The notes under the pieces were generated by a model. It was not told where the DNA came from. It saw nothing but the letters and a program-made list of their open reading frames with translations, and made no database searches. Source: Cycas panzhihuaensis (taxonomy: Eukaryota > Plantae > Cycadophyta). From it: a DNA stretch of 64,000 nt. Both the position numbers and the translations under genes were made by a program. Below, piece after piece: positions 1-11,879 of the stretch (positions are counted from its first letter, which is position 1; every line of letters begins with the position of its first letter). The stretch spans positions 192,269,741 to 192,333,740 of the forward strand of contig CM041465.1 in NCBI GenBank assembly GCA_023213395.1. The letters are read 5' to 3'.

Positions 1-59
1 CTTTACAAGAAAAATCAAGGAAAACTCCTAACCAAGCATGTGATCCAAAGTTTGTTAAA

Positions 60-1200
60 AACCAATAGCCTCTTATCCTACCCAATGCCTCATACAAAAG
101 TTTTGCTAAGTTCTTGGCCAAAAGAAATTAGGCATAAACTATCCAAAGTTGTCAAACTTAGCACGTTTTATTCAAAGTACATATATCTAAGCAAGCTCAT
201 ACGAGTCTAGGAAGGTATAAAATGGGTAAGAGATCTTAGTCTAGGAGATTCGTTTCATGAAAATTGGTTTCGAAAAGGCACATGATAGAGTAGAGTGAAA
301 TTTCTTCTTCAATATGCTTCAAACTCTAGGATTTGTCAACAGGTTAAATAGCATTGTTAATATCTTTTTGCTAATGCCTCTATTATATATCATAATCAAC
401 AATGCTTCTAACAAACTAGTGGTATTGTTTAGATTCATTAAGCAAGGTTGTTCTATAGTGCTTGCTTTGTATGTATTGAAAATAGATATATGTGGCTACT
501 TAGTAGCTCACAAGGTCAACCGAGGCCTCATTAGAGGTATTCTTATTTTAAAAGAAAGTGGGTAAAAGATGAATAGTAACAATTTTGTTGATGAATCCTT
601 TCTCATGATGGATGTTGACCAAAGAGTTGTGAATCATAACATGGAAACCATCCAATCTTTTTGTCAATCCTCTAATGCTAAATTCAATAGAAAAAGGATA
701 CTTGTTATTTACAAATTATACACCATATTCCAAATTAGAGTAACTAGTAAAAATACTCTTAGATCTAGTCTAGGAAATCTTCAAATTCCTTGGCATCCCC
801 TTTTGGCTTGCCAATGTATTTATCCACCATGTGGGACTTTATCACAACAAGGATTAAGAAGAAGCTTGGGTGTTAGAATTTTAAAACACTCTTATTTCCT
901 GTTAGCTTCAAGATATGTACTAAAGTCCTTATCACCACCCCTTTTCCACCCCTTTCAATGCAACCCACTTAACCTCATCAAAATGCTTAGAACCTTCCTA
1001 TGATCCCTTAGAGAAGATAAGAAAGGCTTTAGTGAAGTTAAATGGGATATTCGTTGTAAATAAAGAGGAAAATGGTAGCTTGAGAGTCCTATAGATCTAA
1101 AGACAAGGCCAAGCCAAGGTGGAAAATGGATAATAAGAGTAAGAGAGGGTGAGGAAGCTTAAAAAATCCACATAACATAAATTATCACCCAAGGAAAAGT
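60..1200 (+). pseudogene. Degenerate LINE (L1-like) ORF2 reverse transcriptase remnant
   Basis: Collinear broken motifs: FEKAHDRVE*NFL (~269-307; DFEKAYDRV), LFRFIKQGCSIV (RQGCPL), NNFVDESFL (FADD), METIQSFCQSSNAKFNRK (SGxKINxxKS), FKFLGIP (YLGIP), VKWDIRCK..ENGSL (VxWxxxCxPKxxGGLG); many stops and frameshifts. Confidence 0.8.
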
Positions 1201-1600
1201 AATAGGCTAGAAAAGCTCTCAACTTAATCCACATACTAAAATGATCACATCTTCTCCAACCAAGGTTATAAAATCTCCCATTTTTAAAAATATATTAAAT
1301 GCTTAGGAAGACTATTGGAGATAATGCTTAATTCATAATTATTGATGCACATAAGTTTTTATAGCTGAATGCTTTTGATATGTGAGCATTCTTGATATTA
1401 TATATTATTATAGCTCACAAATCTTCATGTACTTATCACAACTTCTTATTAGTCCTCTATGAGGTGCACACCTATTTATGTATATGCATTCTCTTGTTGA
1501 ATAAGATCAATATCATAATATTTATAAGTAAATTATATTGCTTCTATCTCTTATGTGTTTGATATTCATCTAACATAATGTTAAACCAAATTTTGTAATA

Positions 1601-1611
1601 TGGTATCAGAG
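1601..1611 (+). promoter_or_regulatory. Orphan tRNA-iMet primer binding site (TGGTATCAGAG) of an old LTR element remnant
   Basis: Canonical PBS preceded by a decayed LTR-end-like ...TAATA; no partner LTR found. Confidence 0.5.
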
Positions 1612-1922
1612 TCAAAATGAGCCTCAACTCACTCATGCGAGTGTTACTAGTTCATTCAATCATAACAAATGTTAAATTTATCATCATTTGGATGTAGGGC
1701 AACACTAACTTCTACTTTGAATAGTATTAGGTATATATATTTTGTGTTTGGAAGGTTATGGTGGTAGAATCAACATACATATGTTTCCATATCCATCATA
1801 TATTTATCTTTTATTTGTGGAGTTGTGGCAAATATTTTTGGTGCATGTTTATTTGAGATATATTGAATTGGAATAGATAGCAAAAAGGTGGAGACAAATA
1901 AACAGAGGAGGTATCGTATGAA

Positions 1923-2140
1923 TGCCAGAACAAATATGAATTGATGAAGACAAAGCTTCAATGCATTAATAAGAGAGAAAATCTCTCATATAAATATATC
2001 ATATGTACACAAGAAGGCCTATGTATGTAAGCCAAGTGTCACTAGTATATTAAAGAGGGGTTGGACACATAACATAACCCTCAAGTTAACTTTAGAATAC
2101 ATGCATAATACATATAAAAGATAGAACATTATTTCTATAA
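1923..2140 (-). repeat. 3' LTR of Copia A
   Basis: Aligns with 6975-7191; adjacent to PPT. Confidence 0.85.
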
Positions 2141-2149
2141 TGCCCTTTT

Positions 2150-5100
2150 TAAATATTTTATCTTTTGTCTTTAACACTAAGTAGATGCCTAAAGTATTAA
2201 AATTTGTCTTCTGAAAGTGGCTTTGTGAGAATGTCAGTAAGTTGTTCTTCACTAGTATAATATAATAGATCTATCTTTTTGATTTATACTTTTTTTCTGA
2301 TAAAGTGATAATGGACTTTAATATGTTTTGTTCTAGCATGAAACACTAGATTCTTTAACATTTTGATAACACTATGATTGTTGCAAAAATAGAGGTAGAG
2401 TAGATTTATTCTTGTTTTAAATCCTTAAGTAATTGTCTAATCCATACTGCTTCACATGTAGCACTAACAACTATCTTATTCTTTGCTTCGATGGATGACA
2501 ATGCTACAATGGGTTCTTTTTTGCTACTTTAAGATGTAACAGCAGGCCAAAGTGAGAAATAATATCATATTGTAGATTTTCTTTCTTGTTTATCCCCAAC
2601 CCAATCTAAGTCACTATAGCCAATTAGTTGAAGATTTAAAGTTTGGGTATAATTAAGATCCATTGTTGAGGTTCCTTTAATGTGCTTGAGAATTCTCTTA
2701 GCGACATTTATCTATAGACAATTCCAACTAAATATGAAATATCAAGTCTGGTCGTTGTGAGGTAGATAAGATTAGTTATCCATCATCATCAATATTCAAA
2801 ATGCATCTAAATTCCATTAGAGTGGCACATCTATTGCAATACTTCATTCTAAAATTTTGAAGAAGATTTCTTATATATTTTGCCTAAAATATGAAGATAT
2901 AATCATTTTGTTAACTAATTTCAATACCTAGATAGTAATAAAATAGACCCATATCTATCATTTCAAATTTCTTTTCTATCTGTATTTTGATTTTATAAAT
3001 TGTATTATCATCATTTTTTATAACTATTATGTCATCTACATAAACTACAATGATAGTTATTAAATTATCTTTGTTTGTTTTAATATAGAGACTAGGGTCT
3101 AAGTCATATACGTAAAAACCTTTTTAACACAAATAATGATATAATTTTGCATACGTTGATCTAATTCTGCATACCATACTCTGGGTGTCTGTTTAAATCT
3201 ATATAAAGCCTTCTTTAACTTACAAACAATATATTCTTCACATTTTTTTTTGTATATCTTGTTAGTTGTTACACATATATTTCTTCAATCAAGTCACCAT
3301 TTAGAAAGACACTTTTAACATCTAGTTGTATGATGCTCCATTTGAATTGTATTGCCATAGCCATAACCGTTTATACAGTTATAAACTTGGTTACTAGTGA
3401 AAAGGTTTCCTCGTAATTAATACCTTTTATTTGAGTGTAACGTTTTGCTACCAATGTTGCCTTGTATCTTTCAACTGTCCCGGCAAACTTTTCTTTTATT
3501 TTGTATACCCATTTACAACCAACAATGGTTTTATTCGTAAAAGCATCAACCAATTCCTAGGTTTTGTTTTTCTTGATGGCATTAATTTCATCATCCATAT
3601 CCTTTTGCCATTCTAGTTGATCACGTGTTTCTGAATAATTCTGTGGTTCAACATAGCACATTAAACTTTGGTGGTTTTGTGATCTGTTTTTTTGTTAAAA
3701 AATGTTACCTTTAGATTCTTCAAGGGTCTTGATGTACCGCATGGATAATTTTTTTGGTGTTTCATCACTGATTCTTTGAAAATAATTTTGTTCATCTTCA
3801 GAAAATTTTACTTAGCTTTACATAAGATTTCTTGTTGTTCAGAGATACCTTGCTTGCTTCTTTTCTAAAGTTCACTTTTTGATATACCTTTTTCTGTTGT
3901 AGTGACTTAAAAAATTTCTTTAATTGGCATATGTATTTGTGTATTTCCTTTAGTCTGTCTATGTACTATTATATCCTTTTGGTTTATTTGTTCATAAAAG
4001 TTGTCTCTACTAATATAGATTCTATTTATCTTGAGATCTATGCATTTATATGCCTTAAAGTTATTGTTATACCTAATCAAAATACATACAATGCTTTTAT
4101 CATCTAAGTTAGTTACTTTTTTCCCAGGAATATGAGCATAAGCTTTACTACCAAAGATTTTAAGATGACTTACATCTAGTTTTCTTTTGATCCATGCTTC
4201 TTCAAAAGTTATCTTGCCTAAAACTTGTGTAGGAATTTAGTTGATGAGATATACCATTGTTTTGATTGCTTCAGCCTAATATGCTTGTTATTACTTTTTC
4301 ACTTATTATTCTCTGAACCATTCCCATTATTACCCTGTTCATTTGTTTAAATACTCCATTTGACTATGGTGTATATGGAATAGTGACTTGTTTCTATATC
4401 CCATTTATCTTTCAAAAGTGATAAAAGTCATTTGAGACATTTTCCTTCTTTATCAGATCAGAGAATTTTGATTTTGCATTCACTTTCTAATTCAACTTGT
4501 CCTTTAAACTCTTTGAAGTAATCTAAAACTTTTGATTTACTGAAAAAAAAATATACTCAATTTCTTATAGAAAAATCATCAATAAAGGTAATAAAATACC
4601 TTGCGTCATTAATTGAATTTTGTGTTATCGGTCCACATAAATTAGTATAGATAAATTCTAACATTTTGTATGCTCTCCATATGCTCTTCTAAAAAGGAAC
4701 TCAATGTTGTTTGCCAATCATACAACTTTTGCATATAAAATAGTCAAAAGACATCTTAAGAAGACCAACTATTATATTAGAATTTTTTAATAATTCAAAT
4801 CATTTATTTGCAATGCATCTATACTTTAAATACTAAATTTCATTAATAAAATTGTTAACAGGGGATTTTATAGGAATAGGCAAAATAAGAGTGGAAACAA
4901 ATTTATAGAGATTGTCAATTTTGACTCATTTTATAATTACAATGCTATTATTTTTCATGTCATAGATTGACATCTTTTATTTTTATTAAAGATAACCCTA
5001 AGTCCCTTTTTTTTTAATTAGGATATAAACAAGAGGTTCACTTTTAAGCTTGGAACATAAAGAACTTCTCCAATTTTTAAAATTTTATCATTGATTGAAA

Positions 5101-6270
5101 TAACAAATGTTCATTTCCCTTTAATTTGTAAAGTTAAGTTATTACTGAGTTCAACAGTTTTATTGATGAAGTATGGTCTTAACATCTCAAACCAATCTCT
5201 TCTCCTTGTCATATGATTGGATGCTCTAGAGTCTATGTACCGATCTTCATTTTTATAGGTATGCATAGATAAGGTAGTGATAAATGCAATATTTTCTTCT
5301 TCATCTTCTACATGTTCTTTGTTGTAATTTCTTTCTATTTTCTTCCCTCTTCAAATGTTAGCCTATTTTTGTGGACAACAATTAGAAGATTGTCATGTTC
5401 TCCTACAATAGTAATAGTTTAACAAATTATATGTTCTACAATCACTAACAAGATATCCATACCTTCCACTATAGAAACTTACTCCAGATTCTCAAAATGA
5501 AGATCTACCTCTTCCTTCTAACATCCATGTGGTTCTTCCTCGTCATTTAAGAGACTAGGTAGATCTATTTCAATTTTTAGCTATAGTCCTTATCCAACCT
5601 CTCATAGATATGCTTCTTCCTCTCCTTGTGTTTCTAGATCGACCCCTACTTTGTAGACTTAGTTTTGAGAGAAAGGCTTCTGTGATGTTAGTTTCCATTT
5701 CGTACATTTTGTTTCTTTGCTCTCGCTGCAACATGAATCCTATCAAAGTGTTAAAAGGACATATTAATTATATGTCCTCCTATGGTAAGTGTGTTTACCA
5801 TAGTATCAAACGATTTTGATAATTTATTAATTGTCAAGCAAACAAGTTCAGAGTTAGCTATAGTCTCTCAAACATATACTAAACTATTCTTAATCTCAAC
5901 AATTTTAGTTATGAAAATTGAGATACTTTCTTTTTCTTTGAGATAAAATTTGTATAATTACTCTCGAAGAGATATTATTTGGGCTTCATTTTTCTAACTA
6001 TAAAGTGAGGCTAAAATTCTCTAAGCCTCTAGGGAAGAGGTAGTTGTGCCTATGTGACTTAACGCAGAGTCTCCCACAGATAACATGATTACAACTAGTG
6101 TAATTATGTCCCTCTCTTCTCAACTAATCACATCCACTCTGTCAATGGGTTTGACTTACTTTCCTATATGCATTTTTTGCCATTAGAAATCCTTACATAT
6201 TCAGCTTCCAAACACTATAATTTTATCCTATAAATTTATCAAAGTCCCCAAGGAAAAAAATTGAAGCCAT
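2150..6270 (-). pseudogene. Copia A gag-pol, heavily disrupted
   Basis: RT ORF 3371-3553; protease ..YIDSRASNHMT near 5210-5240; gag ATG near 6270. Confidence 0.85.
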
Positions 6271-6974
6271 TTTTGTGTTGATTTATTGTTTATTGAGAAG
6301 AAATATCAAACATAAGTATTATAAGATAGTAAGCCATATGGTCGTATGACTGTACGGATTTGTACAAAAAGTACAATTATACTAAATTGACAAAAAATGG
6401 TCGCAAAAGAAAGTTGAGGTTATACTCTTCTTGAATCTATATAATTTTTTTAGAAATACCTTTTGGATTCTTTAGAAAACAACCTGAAAATAGTATAATT
6501 AAATAGGGTTTTTAAGAGAAAAATGCTTGTAACTCCTCAAATCATTGACAAAATTTAGCAAACTTATAACCAAACAAAAGATATTATCTAATCGAAGAGT
6601 TTGGAACAAATTTTTACCCAAAAACCTAGAGAAATTTGAGATTGAATCTTAAAATGGGCGTCCCTGCAAATATTCAATTTCCTACTTATTGAAAAAGAAT
6701 TTGAATTTGTGACTTTGGAATAGTTTAATCTCCTCAATGAGACGATTCTACCCACCAAATTTCATTAATTTTTTTAGCACTTAAAAATTTCTTCGGTTGT
6801 ACAATTCCATATGGTTTTGTAGTATTCTGTACTATTATTAATGACCCTGAAGTGCGTCATTTCCTTCTCAAAATCTCTACATATACTTTTTAACACTTTT
6901 TTCATATTGAATCCTTCAAAGAACTCAAACCTATCTTTTGTTAGGCTTTAACCAATAGACCTATTCTAACATCA

Positions 6975-7191
6975 TGTCAGAACAAATATGAATTGATGAA
7001 GAGAAAGTGCTTTATTGCATTAATGAGAGAGAAAATCTCTTGTATAAATACATCATGTGTACATAAGAAGGCCTAAGCATGTAAGCCAAGTGTCACCAAT
7101 ACATTAAAGAGGGGTTGAACACATAACCCTCAAGTTAACTTTAGAATACATAGATAATACATACAAAAGATAAAACACTACTTCTTTAATA
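6975..7191 (-). repeat. 5' LTR of Copia A
   Basis: Starts TGTCAGAAC; preceded by decayed PBS (rc) TTCTAACATCA. Confidence 0.85.
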
Positions 7192-9169
7192 GAGTAGAGT
7201 TAGTAATCGTTGTATTTCATAAGATATATGCATTAGGAACCACATTCTTGTTAATTGATCAATAGATTGGTGCTAGTGAGTTTCACATGAGTGTGGTGAT
7301 TATTTTCTTCAAACGTGTGCACATGTTTGTTACCAATCATTGGTTTCTCTAAAGCCTGACATGTTTACATTGGTGGATTTAGATTGTGCAGTGGCTTTGC
7401 TGCCAAATGGGGTAGGTTGTTAAGGTTTCAATGTGCATTGTATCTATTGAAAACTTATCAATCTCTAAGCATCATAAGGGATTGCTTAAAGAATAGGTCA
7501 ACCATAATAATTTCCTTCGTTGTTATTTGTGTTTGTTTATGATAAATGTTGTGGTTCATAGGTTATAAGAGACGTGAATAAATTATGTAGTTTGGGTAGT
7601 GCTAGACATATTGATTCCAACTATTTAAACCCATGGATGAATTAAAGAGACCATCAATTATTCATTCTCCACCTTGGCCCAACAATGTATTCTTGTCGTG
7701 GAATTTTTCTAGAACAGATCAAAATCAAGGATGGAAGCCTAGTTCTAGAATCCTATAACTAACAAATTAGTGCATGCAATGCCAATGCACAGGTTGTCAT
7801 AGCCATATGAACAAAGAGTTCTCAACACTAAGGGAACTAAGAAAGAAACTATCAATCAACTCAACCCACGACTAGCATGCTTGAAATTCTAAGTACCATT
7901 GGAAGCAATAGCATGAACTATAGATCTTGTAGAAACCAACCCAATCATCTCATGTTGTGAAAACTTACAAACATGTGTGGTCATTATGGCCCATTGACAA
8001 AGAGCTATGCAACTTTACTACAAGAATCAATGATATGTAAACATTAGAGAAGAACACTATATGAACTAGAAGAATGGACCATAGGTAATGTATAAGATGA
8101 AATTTGGTCTGTAGGATGGTATATGGTACTCCACTTCTATTATTCATTAAATCATCTAATTTCTCGATGGTCGTGATGAAGAAGACAAACATGGTAAGGT
8201 TGCAATGAAGATCAGATGAACAAATTTGAAGAAATGGCAATTTTTGAAATCACAACAATGAATTTTCATAACAATAATATTTATTTTTAAATTTTTTTAT
8301 TTTTCTAATGTTTTATTTAATTAAACCAAATTTAATAATTTCTGAAGTCTACCCCCAAATCATAATTTTATAATCATATGGATTTTGGTGCTAAACCAAA
8401 AGGAGCTAAACTTTGAAAAAATTAAGTTAAAGGTTATTTTTTGCTTTTTGAAGCTCTTTTCACCTATTTTGACATTGACTTTGACAGTGTTATTAATGGT
8501 GCCTCTATATGAACATTATGGACAATATTATTGTTATATGATATCAAATATTAGAGATGTTTGAGGAGTGCATGTGAAGTAAAGGTCCCAGATACTATTG
8601 GACATCAATGTTGAAGGCAAAACAATGGCACATTTTATTTCTAAGAATATTGATTTAATGGACTCAAATGCATATGCATGTGGTACTTAAATATCTAGCC
8701 TACAATAATCTTAACTACTTAGATTTACAAAATTATCTTAAAGATCGTTATAAATTGAGTAAAGCATCCATACTTAGTCTCAGAAAACTACAAAAAGGAG
8801 TTATTATTTAGGACTAGATTTTGGTGAGAAGTCATTTTTGAAGACGAGTATATGGGGTCATGACATGCACTACATGTTTGATAAAATTTCCACAAGAGAC
8901 CACATGTAAAGTGTTCCAAAGTAATAATTAAAGATAGTAGAAAGAAATTGTGGCTACCATGACAAAATTTGACATTGTGAGATTTTCTTATTTGGTATTT
9001 GGACTCTGAAGGCTAGCAAATTGGCATTGTTGATTTTAGGCTTCAACTCATTTTAATTTGTGGTTTAATATTAGTTGCTTTTTGGTTTAGTATATTGAAT
9101 TGCAGTTGTATTGCGACTAAAAGGGTAGTGTATGCAGCTGACTTTGAAGTGTTCCAATATGAAATGGAT

Positions 9170-9560
9170 GCTTGTAGAGTGGAAAGAAGTTGGCAAAAAA
9201 ATTAATCTATAATAATGGTTAAACATTATCTAGACAAATAGTTTAATTAGTTCTTGAATGTCAAGAAGCTCTTCATATCTGTCTAGCTAGATAGTTTGGC
9301 CTACTATCAGGATATGCTATAATAAGTATGTAATCAATTTTGTGGTGTTTCAATATGGAATAGATAGTTATATAGTTGGAGAAAGTTGGCAAATAAATTA
9401 ATTATTCATAATAATGATTGAACATTGTTTGCCCAAGTGATTTGACTAGTACTTGAATGCTAAAAAGTTTTTAATATCTATCTAGTCAGGTAGTTCAACC
9501 TACTCTCATGATATGTTATGATAAGTGTGGACATCTGGAAAGGTTGTCAATAAATAGTCA
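9170..9560. repeat. Diverged tandem duplication, ~200-bp unit (2 copies plus a partial third)
   Basis: AAGTTGGCAAA..ATAATAATG..TAG(T/A)..CTTGAATG..ATATCT.TCTAG..CCTACT.TCA.GATATG.TAT.ATAAGT occurs at ~9187-9330 and ~9383-9530. Confidence 0.7.
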
Positions 9561-10090
9561 ATATAAAAATTTTGTAGGCATTGATAAACTATATATTTGA
9601 AGAACTTTCCAGCAAATAAATAGTTATAATAATTGGTCATTAATTTATCTCAATGGATGGTTGTTTCTTTATATGGATATCAATAAATCAAGAGCAAAGG
9701 TTAGAAGATGGATATAAGCACAGGTAGAGCTTGAATTCAACCTTGTGAGACCCATATTAGGAGGTCAAAATAAAATCCATCCAAGGAATTGAAAAATAAA
9801 AGAATGAAACATAACTAAAGTAGCAAGCCTAAAAAATAATGGGGTAGATCTTATTAAGAAACTTGAGAAAAACATTCTAAAATATTGGTGACAACATTAG
9901 ATGATAAACTAAATACATTATTCAAGAAATCTATAAAGCTTTTAAGTGTTAAGGAATTAAACATTATAGGGAAGTACAAGAGATAATATTCAATTCATAG
10001 TAATTAATATGCATAAATTCATTCAAGTTCTTATAGGTGCAAGTAAATGTTTCTGATAGGTAAATGAAGAGGTAAATACTCTTAATCTAT

Positions 10091-10220
10091 AAGCATTTTT
10101 AATATGTGTGATTATAGCTCACAAATCTTCATATGCTTATCGCAACCTCTCATTAGTTCTTTATAGGGTACACATTTCTTTATATATGTACATTTTGATA
10201 TTGAATAGTATTGACATCAA
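10091..10220 (+). repeat. Dispersed repeat, second copy of 1385-1510
   Basis: Shared ATTATAGCTCACAAATCTTCAT..CTTATC.CAAC.TCT.ATTAGT.CT.TAT..GGT.CACA. Confidence 0.7.
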
Positions 10221-10469
10221 AAAATATGAAATTTTTATCAATATGAGAACAAACTTCTTTCTTAAGATGAGCTTAAATGACCTTGAAGCATACTAAATTG
10301 GACACGTCATACAATAGTTGGGAATTTAAGCCCTGATTTGATCTTAATTATTATTCTATTTATTATTTATAAGAAAAGACTCATTCTTCTTATCGTAAAG
10401 GTGTTCACTCTTCTTTCTTGGTTAGCAAGCAAAGTGACCACAAAATTATATGTTTATTTGCCAAGTTAC

Positions 10470-11021
10470 TGTTAAACCTTATGTTTACATGTTAAGATAT
10501 TGTACTTTAATTTTCATATAATATGTGTACTTTTTACTTTAGGGGTGACTTATCACTTAAGTGATAAAGTGCACACCCCCATTCTTTCTAGTGACACAAC
10601 GTTGTCACTAAAGGGTCAAATGGACCCTCATGCATTTTTGCTCACATGAGAGCCCAAAATGACACATGTCCAACATGCAGAGGCAGATCTTGGATGTTTG
10701 ACACTTGTCAAACATCCAAGGCCTTAGGTCTCTCATTTCACTCTATATAATGAGACATCTTCTCATTGTCTCATAAGAGAGTTGGAGTCAGATTGTTATC
10801 CTGTCAGTTTACTAATCAAACTGTTCATTCTTTGGAGGTTGGACCAATTTCAACTCCACATATTGGGTATCATTTTCTCTTGCTCCTTCATTTGTGCTTT
10901 GTCTCTTTGCTCTCTATTTTCCTTGAGATTATTATACTTGTTTGTATTTGTGCAACTAGAACTAGAGTGATCATAGTTTCTAGATCTTGGAACTATTGAG
11001 GCCATCTAGCCTCTTTTCACA
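10470..11021 (+). repeat. 5' LTR of Copia B
   Basis: ~552-bp direct repeat of 14884-15436; TATA-like CTATATAA ~10743. Confidence 0.95.
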
Positions 11022-11529
11022 TTTGGTACTAGAGCAAGAGGAGACTAGCTCCCTCTGTTCTGGTTTGCAGCTGCTCAAGGAGATTTGGAGAAAGCCTACA
11101 AATACTTGGTGATGACATTCGCACTCTGAAGGCGATTCAAGATTTGTTTGAAGACTTTTTTTTGCAGGTTCAAGCATTTGGAGCTATTTTTTTTAAGACT
11201 GGAGCTGGGGTATGTTCTAATCTTTTTTTTTCACAAAGGTCTTATTGGGTGCAGCACAAATTATTGTCACAAGCAGTGATTTTTTTTGGAAAATATTATT
11301 CCATTAAATTTCTTTACAACCCAGATTTGAGAAAAAAAAATAATAATAAGAGTCAATTTTTATTTTCAGTCATTATAATTGCAGATATAGCTGTTAAGAT
11401 CTAGATTTCTGTTGTTCTAAACTCACCTTCTGGTTGCTCAGAATTAAGATCCACTCTCTACAGTGGGAAATCTTCTAAGTTTATTGTTGGCTATCCTCTT
11501 TTGTTTACTGAACAGTGCTTAGATTACAT

Positions 11530-11875
11530 GGGCTTGACAAACTTAATAGAATATAATTTTGCCTTAACCATTAAAATGCGAGCTTGATCTCGTCTTTCAT
11601 ACAATGAAGACAAAGTGTCCCAAGCTTCCTTAGAAGTTTTAGCACAAGCAATATTCTAATCTACATGCACATCAACAATCATGTGAAGGAATGCCAAAGC
11701 AATTTCATCTTTGGCTTCCCAAGCAGCAAGTAAAGCATCATCAGGTTCCACAGTAACATCGCCATTGATAACAGGTGATGGTCGAGGTAATCTCCCAGAA
11801 ACATAACTCCAAAATTTGTTCATGATTAGTAAGTTCTGAGTGAGTCTCTTCCATTCTTGATAATTATCTTATCCT
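11530..11875 (-). pseudogene. gag: Copia gag N-terminus (DUF4219/UBN2-like), inverted relative to the element
   Basis: Minus strand reads DKNNYQEWKRLTQNLLIMNKFWSYVSG..LAAWEAKDEIALAFL..AKTSKEAWDTLSSLYERRDQARIL. Confidence 0.85.
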
Positions 11876-11879
11876 GTTA

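Larger units (their letters stand above)
1923..7191 (-). mobile_element. Ty1/Copia LTR retrotransposon A, full length, degenerate
   Basis: Direct repeats 1923-2140 and 6975-7191; decayed PBS (rc) 6964-6974; PPT (rc) ~2142-2151; minus-strand gag/protease/integrase/RT/RNaseH remnants (e.g. [26 protein letters not shown]). TSD not recognisable. Confidence 0.9.

Noticed and set aside
10766-10999. Hydrophobic 77-aa ORF repeated at 15181-15414
   Set aside because: Lies inside the two LTRs of B; T-rich U5 sequence yields spurious hydrophobic ORFs
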